Part shown: positions 50,671 through 64,000 of the stretch, piece by piece
Numbering within the stretch: position 1 is the stretch's first letter
Layout of the letters: every line of letters begins with the position of its first letter
Assembly: GCF_009834535.1 (NCBI RefSeq)
Contig: NC_045697.1
Coordinates: forward strand, 40,488,001-40,552,000
DNA from: Camelus ferus
Taxonomy: Eukaryota
Length of the DNA stretch: 64,000 nt
Reading direction: 5' to 3'
The notes under the pieces: model-generated
Seen by the model: the letters and a program-made list of their open reading frames with translations, nothing else
Database searches by the model: none
What the model was told of the DNA's origin: nothing
Position numbers and translations under genes: made by a program

Positions 50671-51469
50671 CTAGAATTTTAATATAGGCAGACTGACTGC
50701 CTATGTACAGCATGCCTAAGAGATATCCTTTGTTAAGGCACTGTGCTAGATACTTTCCATGTTTCTTAGCTCATTTTATCCTCACATGATCTCTCGGTAC
50801 TCTTTGCAGATGGGAAAACTGAGGATGAAAAAGATGAGATAATTTTCCTTGAGTCACACAGCTACTAAATAGTGGAGCCAAGATTTAAACCCAGGCAGTC
50901 TGATTCCTTTCCTCCAAATTAGTACAAAGCTCAGGTTCAGAGCCGTGCTCCCCATTTACATCCACACATTGGGGAAGAACACATAAACTAATATAACCTT
51001 ACCGTCTTCTAATAACCTTTCCATTCTGCCTCCTAATTCAGCCAGAGCCCACTGGGATAGCACATTCACACAGCTTCCCAAGGGTGAACAGGTGGGTTTG
51101 TAACACTAGATTTGTTTTGTCTGATGAGTCATCTTTGTCTTGTGTCTGGTAAAGATGAAGTTGTTTTGTCTCACTATGGCCCTGAGAAGTATTTAAGGTT
51201 ATATCCAGAGATATCTTTGTCTGACTATAAAAATAACACCAGATGGCATGTTGCAGGTATGAGCAGGAAGGTCGAGTGTATAGAGGTGGAAGGTATGAGA
51301 GATCAAGTGAGTGACGAGATGTTTCCCAGCCACACCATTGCAATTTCCTCCCTTTTCTCTCCTCTCCCTGGCACATGCACATTCCTAAAACCCACCGGAA
51401 ACAGTTGCCTATCTGCACCTATTTCCAAACATTTTCCTGCCCCCTCAGACATCCATCAGCAAGGTCAAC

Positions 51470-51569
51470 NNNNNNNNNNNNNNNNNNNNNNNNNNNNNNN
51501 NNNNNNNNNNNNNNNNNNNNNNNNNNNNNNNNNNNNNNNNNNNNNNNNNNNNNNNNNNNNNNNNNNNNN
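51470..51569. other. Assembly gap (100 N, true size unknown)
   Basis: Run of exactly 100 N. Confidence 0.99.
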
Positions 51570-53344
51570 GTAATATTTAATCGCATCAGTGATTAGCAAT
51601 ATCCTATAAGGCCTTTTTGATGTCTTTTGATAATCTGGCATCTGACGGGGGGTAGGCACAAAAGACTGAAGGTACAAGAAAGTGGCAGGCATTGAATTTC
51701 AACTTCTAATGTCCTTCGATTTAGAATTTACCAATATAGAATTTAATTCTGAAGCAAAGCACTGGATATATGTATCTATAGGTAACTTTGTGGACTCAGA
51801 CATGTGTCTTGCACCTTAGTAATGGATTTGACAGTCCATATTCATAATCAAACACCATCAGACTAAGTTATTCTAGAATCTTTCAATAGTGATTAAAACT
51901 TATAAGAAGACAAAAAAAAAAAAAGAAAAGAAAAAAGACTTCTTGCTTTTGAGATGAAGAACTACAAGAAAAAACACAAAAAAAAGAGACAGAACTCTTA
52001 ATTACTACATGAAAATCTGCTCACACACAGGTGCAAAAATACCATCATGAACTGGAACATATAAAAACAGCTGTAGATTTTGATTAAACTGAGAATAACC
52101 TTAACCAATTACAAAAGAAAAAAATACTTATTAAAATCTCCTATTTCCTTTCTCAGGCCACTGCAGCTTTAGTTCTTTGACTTGCAACTTTACTCTTTAA
52201 ACTCAGCCCTCCACATCAAAGTTATACCCAATCATTGTTTTCCTGAAGCCCTCAAAGACTTCTCCTGTGTTCCTAGATTCCCAATTATCACATCTCTAAT
52301 TTTGTAATCTCTCACCAGGCTCCTTTGGAGTTATCCACTGCCTGGGAAGCTACGTGAAGTCAGCCCTGCTCTGAGGCCCTGTGACTGGGTCACCTCTCAC
52401 CAGCCCTCACCCCCTCCTGTTGGCTTCCACTGTTTGCCAGACACTACTACCTCTAATTGGCACAATGATTACTACCTAATGTCACCAAACTCACCAGGCA
52501 CTCTGCCTCTGCTGAGCACTGTCACTGCCAGCCAACACCACTATTACCATCACCCCAAGGGTCTACATGATGCCCTGTTGCCTGTGGCTGGAGCCACTGA
52601 GATGCAAAGTAGCTCTGTGTGCTCTGGAGTCATCCATACACCAAAGCTGGCGATGCCTTTCATTGCTCTGAGTCACAAGGATATGCAAACAGGGCTGCTT
52701 ATGCCCTGGTTTTTTTCAAGAAATTTGATTAAATGGCTTGTTCCATTTAAACTTTGAGTCCCCCTCTTTCCAGAGTGCACTTGAGTCCACTGAGGACAGG
52801 GCTAGGGTCAAATCTAAGGGAAATAAACTATTCCACCACTCCACTGGCTATATTATAGAGCTAATCTTATCTGCCTGGCTTCCTGTTCCCTTAGAATGAG
52901 TCTTCCCAAGAAGTTCTTGGCTCCTCTGGGAGGACCTGCCCGACTTATCCTTCATACATGTTCAAATTTATTCAGTAGTGTGTAAAACTAGGCTCAAATT
53001 GAACCCACCAAACAGAGATCAGAATTTAATCACAAATAGCAGTTACTCTTTTTTGGAGTTTTACTGATGTCAACACTGAAGAATAAAAACTAAATTATCT
53101 TTGTTTGTTACTATCTCATAGAATTTCTTTTACTTGATTGGACTTTTGCCTTTTTCCGTTATCTATCCACCTTAGGGATGCTATAGAACACAGCAGATGT
53201 GACATTGCAAGGATGAAAGGATGCTGCTTTACATAGTGTCTTATATGTCTTTTCTGAAATTTTTTTACATTATGAATTCTACCACTAATCATATTTTCTT
53301 CATTCCTTTGATCAATCAGAAATTTAGAGTCAAATTTGCAAATT

Positions 53345-56081
53345 TGTGATGAGTTGAATTGTGTCCCTCAAAAAGGTATGTTCAAGTCTCAACTTCTGGG
53401 AGCCTGTGAATTGAAACTTACTTGGAGATGGAGTCTTTGCAGATGTGATTAAGATGAAGTTATACTGGATTAGGATGGGCCTTAGATCCAACGATTGGTG
53501 TTCTTATAAGAAAACAGGACACACAGAGATTCAGAGGAGACAAGCAGGGGAAGAAGGCCATGGGAAGACAGAGGTAGAGACTGGAATGATACAGCTACAA
53601 ACCAAGGAATGCCAAAGATTGTAGGAAGCTACCAGAAGCTAGGAAGAGGTAAGGAAGAATTTTTCCCTAAAGCCTTCTTAAGGAGCCCATGCCTGCTGAT
53701 TTCAGAGTTCTAGCCTCCGGAACTTTGAGATAATAAAGTTCCACTTTCTTAAGCCACCCAATTTTTGGTAATTTGTTATGGCAACTATTGGATACTAATA
53801 GAAGTTTTGTTACTGAGAATGGGGTTCTACCATACCAGATTTCTAAAAATGTTGGCATGGTTTTGGAAATGAGTAATGAGTAATGAACAGTGATTAGAAG
53901 AATTCTGAGGACATAATAGAAAAGGTCTAGACTGCTTTGAAGGGGTTGTTGGTAGAAATATGGACCTTAAAGGAGATTCCGGTAAGGGCTTAGAAAGAAG
54001 GAGAACTATAGAGAAATCTTCCATTATCTTAGAGAATACATATATCATGAAGAGAATGTTGGTAGAAATGTAAATGTTACAGGTAATTCTGGTGAGGTCT
54101 CAGTAGGAAATGGTGAACATGTTATTGGACACTAAAGAAATAAAGACTCTTGTTTAAAGTGGCAGGAACTTTGCTGAATTGTCTTCTGCTGTTGGGCAGA
54201 AATGAGATCTTGTAACTGATGAGCTTAGACACTGAGCTAAGATTTCCAAAAGAGTATAGACAGTGTGGCCTGGTTTCCCCTTGCTGCTTATGATGAGATG
54301 TGAGAAGAAAGACATAAATGGAGGAAGAAACTGTTAAGCAAAAAAGAACCAGGACTTGATGATTTTGAAAATTCCCAGCCTCCAGATAGCAAAAGATGAC
54401 AAAGCATGCTCTGGAAAGAACATTAAGTATATAGCTAGACAACATTTTGCTACAGAAACTAGGCATGTGAATGTGACCCATGGATCCAGTCAACTTTCTC
54501 AGCAGAAGCCAGGAATAAGGATGAATTTGTCCAGAAAATATCTGTAGAGGACCCTCTTGTCTGATGGTTTGAACCATCATAGATTTCACAGGAGACCAAC
54601 AAAGTTCTTGAGAATGTTATAGCAGCAGAAATATTTCCACCCTGGGCTGAAAGACACAGAGGTAGGATGTAATGAAAGTTGTCAGACTTCCAAAATTCTA
54701 CATGGCTACAAACAGGTGTTATCCTTGAAGAAAAAGGAAAAATGACTCCCATTATGAGCTGAATTGTGCCATCCTCCAAATTCATATGTTAAAGTCCTGA
54801 CCCCTAGTATCTCAGAATGTGACTATATTTGGAGATAGGGCCTTTAAAGTCATAAAGGCAAAATGAGGTCATATGGGTGGGCCTTGATCCAATATGACTG
54901 CTGTGCTGTTAAGAAGAGATTAAGACACAGACATACACAGAGGGAAGACTGTGTAAAGATAGTCATCTACAAGCCAAGGAGAGAGGCCTCAGAAGAAATC
55001 AACACTGCTGACACCTTGATTTTGGACTTTTAGCCTCCAGAACTGTGAGAAAATAGATTCTTATTGCTTAAACCATCCAGTCTGTGGCATTTTATTGTAG
55101 GTAGGGCTACCAAAGTAATATAACTCCAAAGGTGGGTCAGGGGCTGGTGGAACCTCCACAGGCCCAAAAGGAACCTCTGTTGGCCAGAAGGAAGAGCACT
55201 GGGCCCTAGAGGATTATTCTCAGGACTTGAAATCTAATAGAATTTACCCTGGTGAGTTTTGAATTTGCTTGGATCAAGTGACCTCTTTATTCCATTTTCT
55301 CCCTTTCAGAATGGAAATGTCTATCCTATGCCTGTCCTTCCATTTATATTTTGGAAGAAGATGACTTGTTTATTAGTTTCATAGGTGCACTGATGGATGG
55401 GAGTTTTGCCCCAGGATCAATCATACCCAGAGTCTCACCTCTACCTGATTTAGATTATTCAGATGATGAGATTTGGAACTTCTGAGTTAATGACTCAGGA
55501 GATTTGGGAGTTAGAGTTGATGCTGGAATGGATTAACACATTTGGAATGGGTTAAGAATGTTGGGACAAGCTGAATGTATTTTGCATGCGAGAAAATCAT
55601 GAATTTTGGGCAAGGGAGGTGGAGAGTAAACTGCAGTGAGTTGAATTTTGTCCCTTCAATTCATATGTTCAAGTCTCAATCCCTGGTACCTGTGAATGTG
55701 ACTTATTTGAAAACAGTCTTTGCAAAATAAGGTGAGACCATACTGGATTAGAGCAGACCTAAATTCAATAACTGGTGTCCTTACAAGAAGTGGAGAGGGC
55801 ACAAAGACTCAGAGGAGGCACACAGGGGAAGAAGGACACTTGAAGATAGATGCAGAGTTTGATATGATGCTGCTACAAATCAAAGAATGCCAAGAACTTC
55901 TAGGAGCCACCAGAAGCTAGGAAGAGGCAAGGAAGGATTCTTCCCTAAGCCTTCTTAAGGAGCATGTGCCTACCTTAATTTCAGACTTTTATCCTCCAGA
56001 ACTTTGAGAAAATAAAGTTCCGTTGTTTTAAGCCACCCAGTGTATGGTAATTTGTTATGACAACTCTAGGAAACTAACACA
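53345..56081 (+). mobile_element. Two-LTR MaLR provirus (MLT1C-like LTRs ~53345-53800 and ~55632-56081 with MLT-int between)
   Basis: Both LTRs share gttcaagtctcaa, aagccttcttaaggagc, gaactttgaga and aataaagttcc. The internal region starts ttttgttactgagaatgggg. Confidence 0.85.
54750..55122 (+). mobile_element. MLT1B-like solo LTR nested in MLT-int
   Basis: aattcatatgttaaagtcctgacccc...gagaggcctcagaagaaatcaac; 5-bp TSD actcc at 54745-54749 and 55123-55127. Confidence 0.85.
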
Positions 56082-56389
56082 TAACTCTTACATCTGTATA
56101 GAAGCACTTGATTGGCATTGCTCTAACCTAATCTAACCCCTTATATTTCTGTTGTCAGTTTTCTTAGTTATTTATTTGTATCTTCTATAGAGCTACCTCT
56201 TATTTTTACCCTACTTCCTCTCTCTTCTGCCCGCTCATCTTTTTATCCTCCACATTTTTTAAAAAAACTTTGCTTCTGCCCCTTTCATTTTCCTCTTTCC
56301 CTTTCTTCTAGTACTTTTTTCCCACAGGCTGTTCTATCCATCCCTTCAAGAGTAGAATCTATTTTCTCGTTCTTTTGCCTATGGTTTCT

Positions 56390-56710
56390 CTTCTCTGTAG
56401 GAGGATTATACTTCCCGACCCCGCTGAACTCAGTGTGGCCACATGACCTGCCTTGGCCAATGAAATGTGGGCAGAAGTGATGTGTGTCACACTTGGGCAG
56501 GAGCTTGAAGAACTAAGCATAGTTTGCCATTTTCATCTCCAGCCGAGGGAACATGGGGTTGAGCCTAGATCCCAGAGTGAAGACAATGTATAGCAGAATT
56601 GCCGTTGACTACAATAAACATGGAGCATGAATGAAAAAGCAACCTTTGTTGTAAGTCCCTGATGTTTTGGGGTTCTTTGTCATTGCAGCATAATGCATCC
56701 TGATAGATGC
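56390..56710 (+). mobile_element. Old MLT1 (I/J-like) LTR
   Basis: ggccacatgacctgccttggccaatgaaatgtgggcagaagtgatgtgtgtcac. Confidence 0.7.
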
Positions 56711-57259
56711 AGTATTTTATGTTGTTTCCTTCCTACTCTTTCTAACCTTCCAGAGTTCCCTTTCACCTAATGAATAAAGGTCCAACTAGCCTGGCATACA
56801 AAATTCACCTAGCCCTAACGAGTCTTTCCTTTTCTATTTCTTTTGCTTTGAAAGTTACAATGAGAAAAATTTCAGTTAAGCACACTCATCACATTCTATT
56901 TAGCAAATATGATGCATATTTGCAACTCTCCTACTTATTAATGACTTCTATGAGTCAAGCCTCTGCTTAAGACCTAATAGGGAGTATGACTAATCCCGCA
57001 GAACTATGGGCTGGGGAAGGCTGGCTAGAGTAAACTCCTATAAGAATCTGTAGTTGGAAATTGACTCAGTGGGTTGATAGCCAATACAGAGCTGAGAGAT
57101 CTGAAACGGCTCAGTGCCAGGATATGATGGTAGTGCAGGAGAATGGGGCAAATTGCATAGAAAGAGGTCAGGAACTAAGCCAGGACTGAGAAATGAGAGT
57201 GGTTCCCAGAAGTAAGACCCAAGGAGAAATAAATGTCAAAGTTTGAAAGATACATGGGG

Positions 57260-57630
57260 TGTGACAGACTGAACTTTGTCCCCTCAAAATTCATATGTTG
57301 AAGTCCTAAAATCCAATGTGACTGGTTTAGGAGATAGATAGAGCCTTTAAAGAGGTAACTAAGATTAAATGAGATCATTCAATAGGTCTAATGTCCTTAC
57401 AAAAAGAGGAAGAGACACCAGGGGTGAATGAGCCAAGAAAAAAGGCCATGAGAGGACACGGTGAGAAGACAGACATCTGCAAGCTAAGGAGAAAAGCCTC
57501 AGGAGAAACCGACCCAGAGAGCACCTTGGTCTTGGACTTCTAGCCTCCAGAACTTGAGAAAGTAATTTTCTGTTATGTAAGCTGCCCAGCATGTGGTACT
57601 TTGCTATGGTAGCCCCAGCAAACTAACACA
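57260..57630 (+). mobile_element. MLT1A-like solo LTR
   Basis: tgtgacagactgaactttgtcccctcaaaattcatatgttgaagtcc...gcaaactaacaca. Confidence 0.85.
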
Positions 57631-58374
57631 TGGCATGAGCAAGGAGAAGAGTCCTACAGGCCAGGTCCTGGCCAAGATAACTGTCAACACCCTGTTGTCA
57701 CTGCAGCTTCCCTTCACTCATACTCACTTCCTACCTGGGGCTCTCTACCACTCCATGGGAATCATGCCCCCTTCTGACAATGAGTGCATGTCTCGTCTCT
57801 TAGACTCCAAATAGCCAGGAACTATGATTTTTCTCTCCTATCACCCAGAGATTTGTGCTGTGTATAACAAAAGGCTCATTCAATGCTTGAGGACTGATGA
57901 ATGTGTTCTCTGGTCCCTCACCTGAATCAGTGGTTTTTAACCTCATGGAACCCCTCGGGGAGGGGAGGTTCATGGATGAACTTTAGGAACTTGCTCAAAG
58001 CTTTCGTCAGATTCTCAAAGGGAATCTTGGCACTCAAAGGTTGAAAAAAACACTTCAACTTTGATGTTGGCTTTTGTTAGACCCTTCTGACCAACGCTGG
58101 TGTTACATGATTCAGTTCACATGCAGGAATGTAATAGGCTCCTTATTTATCAAACTTCTCCCATCATATTTAGATAGTGGATAAGTTACTAAATCTGTCC
58201 TACAGTTCCATCTGTTAGGTGGCTATTGGTGTAGGTTTATTGTCCTTAGTTTCATAAGCTATAAACTATTTTAGAAATGACAGATTCAGAAACAAAAGTT
58301 TGGATATCTGCCCATAAACATTCCCAAAATAAAGTCATACTTAAAAGAACTTGTGGATTCAAGGTCTTTTTATT

Positions 58375-58377
<3 letters not shown>

Positions 58378-58434
<57 letters not shown>
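58378..58434. repeat. (CA)n microsatellite, ~28 units
   Basis: Direct reading. Confidence 0.95.
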
Positions 58435-58438
<4 letters not shown>

Positions 58439-60739
58439 CTGTTCTCTGTTATCTAGTTGTAAGAAATACAGTGAATCTTTTTAATCATGTTACAGATTAG
58501 TAAGACCCAGAGCAAAAATCCTGTATAACTGAGTCAAAACTCTCAAGCTTTACCACATACAAATGAACTCTCTAGGTACGTATTTACATTTGAAAGGTAA
58601 GTCCAGTTGGCTTTAACCAAGTTACTTTTTATGTTAACATAGATTTCTGTAAGAAATTTTATCATGATCACTTTGTAAAAAACATAAAATATCAATTTTA
58701 GTATTAGAAAAAATATTTTTGTGGGTCCAACCATTCTTCCTTAGATCCCTAGCTACAACTTTCTCTACATTCTCATTGAAATGATGTAATTACCTGAATC
58801 CAATCTCACAAAGCTATGTCGAATAAATGGGGAATGTTGTTAGAAGAAGATCACATTTTTGGTCCCAGACAAATTTCCCTTTAGCCAACTTGGGCAAAAT
58901 CTTCAGAAATGCTTGTCCTACACAACCTGCAATAGTCCCACCGTACCTGTGGCCCTCAGGACCCATTAGAGAAATAGTGCCTGTGTCCCCCACACTTCTG
59001 AGACCCAGATGTGCACGGAGGCAGAGGAAAAGCAAAGTCAAACACAGCCTACCCCTCTGATCCTCACTCAGAGGAGACTGCTCACGCCCTAGACCTCAGC
59101 TAAGGAAAAACATCCCATTGTCTGAGGCAAAAGGACATCACGTCACTTCATCCTGTGCCTGGAAAGGCAGTTTGAAACAAGTAATTCTGATTCTAGAGAT
59201 GTTGAGACCATTCCCAGCTGCACCGTGACTAGCTTTCAGTTCCTAGGCAAATTGCCCAATTTCCTCTGCTCCCAAATTTCCCCAGCTGTAAAACAGAGAT
59301 AATTATTGTTACCTTTCTCTTGTGCTATTCTGAAAAATAAATAGGACAAATGTTTCTAAAGTGCTTGGAGACAACTGTCTGAAGACATATTTGCCTACAG
59401 CTATAGGTGGGGGTTTTCTTTATTTTTGTTAGTACTTTGCTTTTGGCCTGACTTTGGCATAAATATAGAAAAATCTAAGTTAAATTAAGTCATAACCCTT
59501 TATCTAATGTAAACACTTACAGTACGCATAGCACTGTGCTAGGCACATGGAGAATACAGAGGGGGCACGTCCCCACCCTCAAGGAGCTCACAGCTCACTC
59601 AGAAGGAGGTGGTATAACCTAGAGAAACACAAGCGCACCAGTCAGCCAAGGTAGCTGGGTAGGACTCCTGCTCCAAATCTTAGGAGCTGGAGATCCTGGA
59701 AAAAGCACTCAGCTTTACCAAGCTCTGTTTTTCTCATGCAAATCATAATAACTAACATCTGAGTGTCTGCTGGGTGGCAGGGGGTGTTTACTTACTTGAA
59801 GCTCAGAACCACCTGAGATAGATACCATTATTATCCCCATATCTGCATCCCCATCTTATAGATAAGGATTCTGAAGCTTAGAGACATTACATAACTTGTC
59901 CCAAGTCTTATACAGTCAGGGACCAAAATGCAAACCCAAGCTGTATGGCCACAAACATGGAGACCTTCCCACAAAACTACACCATCATCAAATGGGAGGA
60001 ACACTCACCTCACGTAGACTTGTGAGGAGTAACTGAAATGGGTGCATAAAACACTGTTAGCCAGTGTCTGACACATCATAAACGTGCAATAAATGTAGAA
60101 GTAGCGGTGGAAGAGCTTAGACACATATATAAATAACCAGAACGCCAAGTCTGTTTCATGGGAAAACTCTTACAGACCAATCGTTACATAGAGGGTTACG
60201 GTATGGAGTTGTGTTGGGGGAAGAATAGCCTGTGAACTGCACCATTTCTGAATCGGCAGACAAGGGACCTATACTAGGAAGGAGAGGTGCTTCATATCAA
60301 TGTGCATTTCTGAAGGTCATTTAAAGAAAGGTTAAAGTATCTGCAGTACCCTGCTATGATCAGATTCAGGCGTATTCGTGAGAACAATTTTTACATAAGC
60401 AATGTAAAAATGCATCTGCTGCAATTATTCTACTCCCCTTCCTTAACCCCCACCCCCAATTTCCTTTAGGAAGAAACCACAGCATGGAGTTTCTTTTCAA
60501 AGTCTTGAAATAAAAATACCCCCCCAAAGGATCTTGCATTTAAAAATCTTTTAGAGTTGTTTGAGAAGAGAGAGAGAAGGGAAGGAGAAAAAAAAAAGCG
60601 TAAGGAGCCAAGTGCTTATATTCTGGCCAAGTTCTGAGCCTCTGGGAACAAGAGCTGGAGGGGAGGACTGTTAACCCCATTCTCTCGAGCAGAGTGAGCT
60701 CTTTGCCTGCGAGTCTGCACCGCCTGTAAAGCTCATCGC

Positions 60740-61056
60740 GCACTCGCCCTCGGAGTGAGAGGCGAGCCCGCTGGGAACTGCAGGAATCTGCAACAAAAAC
60801 GATGACAGTCTGAAACACGTTCCAGTGCCAACCTCCAAATTTGTCTGTCACCTCAGACCCTGACTAGTTGACAGAGCAGCAGAATTTCAACTCCAATAGA
60901 CTTGAATGTGTTTCTGGGCAAAGAAGCAGAGCTAACGAGGAAAGAGATTTGAAGAGTATTGGATATTTGTCAAACTTTTATTTCCAGGCTGTGTGCAAAG
61001 AGAGGACTCAACTTCAATTTTCTGCCAAGGCTCTGGGTCCAGCTACCTACCTGAAG
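60740..61056 (+). other. SPARCL1: SPARCL1 (hevin) non-coding exon 1; TSS approximate; intron 1 runs past the window end
   Basis: caggaatctgcaacaaaaacgatgacagtctgaaa...ctagttgacagagcagcagaatttcaactcca...gctctgggtccagc matches the human SPARCL1 5'UTR as I recall it. Donor gaag|gtaaat at 61056/61057. Divergent orientation to DSPP fits the known SCPP cluster order. Confidence 0.85.
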
Positions 61057-63009
61057 GTAAATTTTAATAAGTTTACTGTATCATCTAATTGCATTTGTTA
61101 ATACGATTTGCGTGATCTGATAAAGATGTCTAATATTTTTACCTAATACAAAGCCATTTTTTTACCCCCAAAAAACCCTTTTGCATGATTTACAGAAAAC
61201 CTACTTAAGAGGGAATTTTAACAACTGAATTCATGCTTCCTTTTCTTTTCCAAGATTAAATAGTAGGTACTAATAAATGATGGTTTTAGTGTAAACCAAG
61301 AAGACAAATGCAGAACTATGGTTGGTCAGACTAGTCATTCAAATCTTGGTGAAGTCTGAAATCTGGAAATGTATTTTATAGAAACACTTTACTAAATATA
61401 TTAAATAAATCAAAGGGCAGATAGCTTTTTAAAAAAAAATCTTTCAGATTAAAGTAACTTGAGTGTTTTCCATGTTTAAATTATCCGAAGTTAGTCAATC
61501 ACCATCATTTTCCCAGTCTGTACCTAACAGCAATGTAGAAATGGAATATTTTGCTTTTCCAAGAGGTAAGAAAATCCCTATAATACTACATTCTTCATTG
61601 ATTATTTTTTAGTTATTGTGGCTATAATTTTTTCCTGATGCCCTTTTACAGTTTTACGACTCATTGTTTCTTATCTCCTTAGATCATTTTTAAGATGCAC
61701 ACACACACACACAATTTCTAATTCCTAATGATACCTTATTTTGGAAGGGGAAAAGGAGGAGGGGAATCAAAGAGCTAAAAAATTATGATAACTCCTGTAT
61801 CTTTAAGGTATCTTGGTGTCTGGCTCTATCTTCTAAAACAAAACAATAATGCAAGTCATGCTCCCTCATTTCTTTTAGATATTAGGGGTCACCCTGCAGG
61901 AGAAAACCACGTTTTTAACTGCAGATCAATGCTGTTGATACCATAGCCAAGAGGTAGTGCAGAGAGAGTATCTCTTTTGAACTGCCTTTAATCTGAAAAG
62001 AGGTTAAATATGTCATCTTGGCATTGTATCCAAGCTCTCCTCTGGCCCAGAGCCTAAGTACACTGAATAGAAATGATCACTACGTCCAACTCAGCAGAAA
62101 TCTTTCTTTTTTAATTCTCCCCTTTCTCATGGGTACCAGCTTTTTTCACTCCACAACTTATTCAGCTAAACTTTGATGGTTATAACTATTGTTAACTATG
62201 ACTTTTTTTTAAAGGACACTCCTCTCAGGAAACATTTAAGTTTATATTTCTGTCCATTCAACAAGATCCAGCAAAGCACAACAATCTGTTTCATATACTT
62301 ATTATCCAATCAAGCAATGCTGCTTTCTACTTTTTGGAAAAGAATAGGTACATGTTATTAACGAATCTTGCCTTTTTTCTCTCAGAGAATTTTTGAACAG
62401 CCATTTAGCAACTGGAGTACTGGGATTTCCTTTCCAGGTCCTTTGGAGTTTAATCCCCAATAGCCTCTCATGCAGTTTCACTTATCAACTAAGTAAAAAT
62501 AATAAATAGTGATGACAGAAATGAAATGAATAGTGATATGTCTGGAAACTCCAGAACATTATTCATCTCATTTCCTCCTGACTGCTTGTTATTTTTATTC
62601 AGTTGATACATAACTGTACACAAACATTGCTATTTTAGTTAAGTTTAGCACAATGTCCAGAACATGCTGGGACTCTTTTTCCACCGAGAATATGAGTGAC
62701 TGTTGTTAAGACTTCAGATGCCCTTTTCACTAACATATCATTCTGGAACAACCTCCAGTGAGGGAAAAGGGGGCCCCACAAATCCAGGAGAACTTCCCCA
62801 GCAGCCCTAGCTGCCAAAGAGATGTCCAATTAGGTGAGGGTCTGGTTCATACAGGGGTTATCACCCAGCATCTTCCCCCAAAGGTGAGCTTGCAACGGTA
62901 GTACTACCTGAGGCTAGCCTGGTTTTTGTCTTGGGCATCGAGAGACAGTCAGAACTCTGGGGAACAGAGTGTGTGGTCTTGACTGATTGTAGGGAGATGG
63001 TGTGATAAA

Positions 63010-63600
63010 GTGAGTGAGATCATGGGCTCTGGAAATACACAGATCTGGTTTATACCCAGGCTCTCCCAGGCTCGGTGACTTTGGGCAAATGACTCTTTGA
63101 GCCTCAGTCCCCTCATTTGTGGAAATGGGGATCATAAAATTAGTTGCTACCTTAGAGATTTGTTGTGATAATTAAGCGAGGAGAACAGCTATGGCTGATA
63201 CATATGGATCAATCCATCAATCACAGCTAACATTACAGCACGAGGCCGCCTGTACTTCCCAAGTGGAACTCTGTAGAAAGGGAATTTACTCTACGTGTTC
63301 CCTCCGGGTTTCTTCCTTGTACTTAGACACTTTGCTGTGTAATAAAATGTCAATTTCAGGTCTACGCCTCTGAGTCAGCGAGGCAGAGTGGATAGAGCAT
63401 GGGTTTCAGTGTCTAACACCACTGAGTTTGAATCCTGGCCGAGTGAGCTTGGGCAGTCCCTTCACACCTCCAGGACTCAGTTTACCCACCTATTCAGCAA
63501 ATAGTGGTAATAATACCCACAAGGGGGTTGTTGTAGGAATTAAATAAGATTTTTTTTTAATGTCAGGTATAGTACCTGGCAGAGTACTAGATATACAGAG
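63010..63600 (+). mobile_element. Two MIR relics (~63010-63180 and ~63380-63600) in SPARCL1 intron 1
   Basis: gtgactttgggcaaatgactctttgagcctcagtcccctcatttgtgg and gagtttgaatcctggc...gagcttgggcag. Confidence 0.7.
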
Positions 63601-64000
63601 AGAAAGTGTTTGATTATTCACTTGGAATAATTTTCTGACAGTAAAATTGGAGGTCAAGAAGGAAATATTTCTTTGAATTGTCTTTTTTTTAATCCTAAGA
63701 AATGGAAAAATAAACCTGACACTACTGTATTCCCCTGAGGGACCTCGACGTGAAGTATTTATTACTGAGAGTCTTTACTGCTTCGTCAATTAGTTGCTTC
63801 TTAATGGCCAAGTCAAATGAAACCAAAGCAAGCTTTCTGTTACAGACTGCCATTAAGAGGACTGAGGCAAAACGCTGCTTTGCACTCAATTCTGTTTTAT
63901 TGGCCTACTTGGACAGAGGAGGCCCCCAACATTTCTCCTTTCTTATCTTTTCTAAAGGCAAGAATAGGGGTTTTGACTTGCTCTAGGGGTATTTTTTCCT

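Noticed and set aside
51112..51692. ORFs running into the N gap
   Set aside because: Their lengths are artefacts of translating Ns.
1..64000. CRISPR arrays, operons or other prokaryotic systems
   Set aside because: The sequence is intron-containing mammalian DNA with no repeat-spacer array.

Overview
Mammalian genomic DNA, most likely camelid (two tRNA-Ala-derived vic-1-like SINEs; I saw no Bov-A/BovB), covering the head-to-head interval between two SCPP-cluster genes. DSPP is on the minus strand (promoter, exons 1-4 and the start of exon 5; 1-6215). The non-coding first exon of SPARCL1 is on the plus strand (~60740-61056). The ~54 kb between them is mostly transposable elements. These include an ancient hAT transposase fossil with a MER53-like right end, split by two L1s and an LTR; several MaLR/ERVL LTRs, one of them a two-LTR MLT1 provirus; MIR/L2/Tigger/Charlie relics; and a young full-length LINE-1 (40752-47940) with an open 1280-aa ORF2 and a disrupted ORF1. 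That L1 is nested in an opposite-strand, internally deleted (ORF2-less) L1 copy, and both copies carry apparent 3' transductions. The least explained observations are a 75-codon ATG ORF in the long L1 inter-ORF spacer whose stop overlaps the ORF2 start, the HAL1-like deleted L1, the hAT/MER53 link, and two tailless L1 insertions. Repeat family names and comparisons with human genes come from recognition and memory, not database searches. Boundaries of old repeats are approximate. There is a 100-N gap at 51470-51569.
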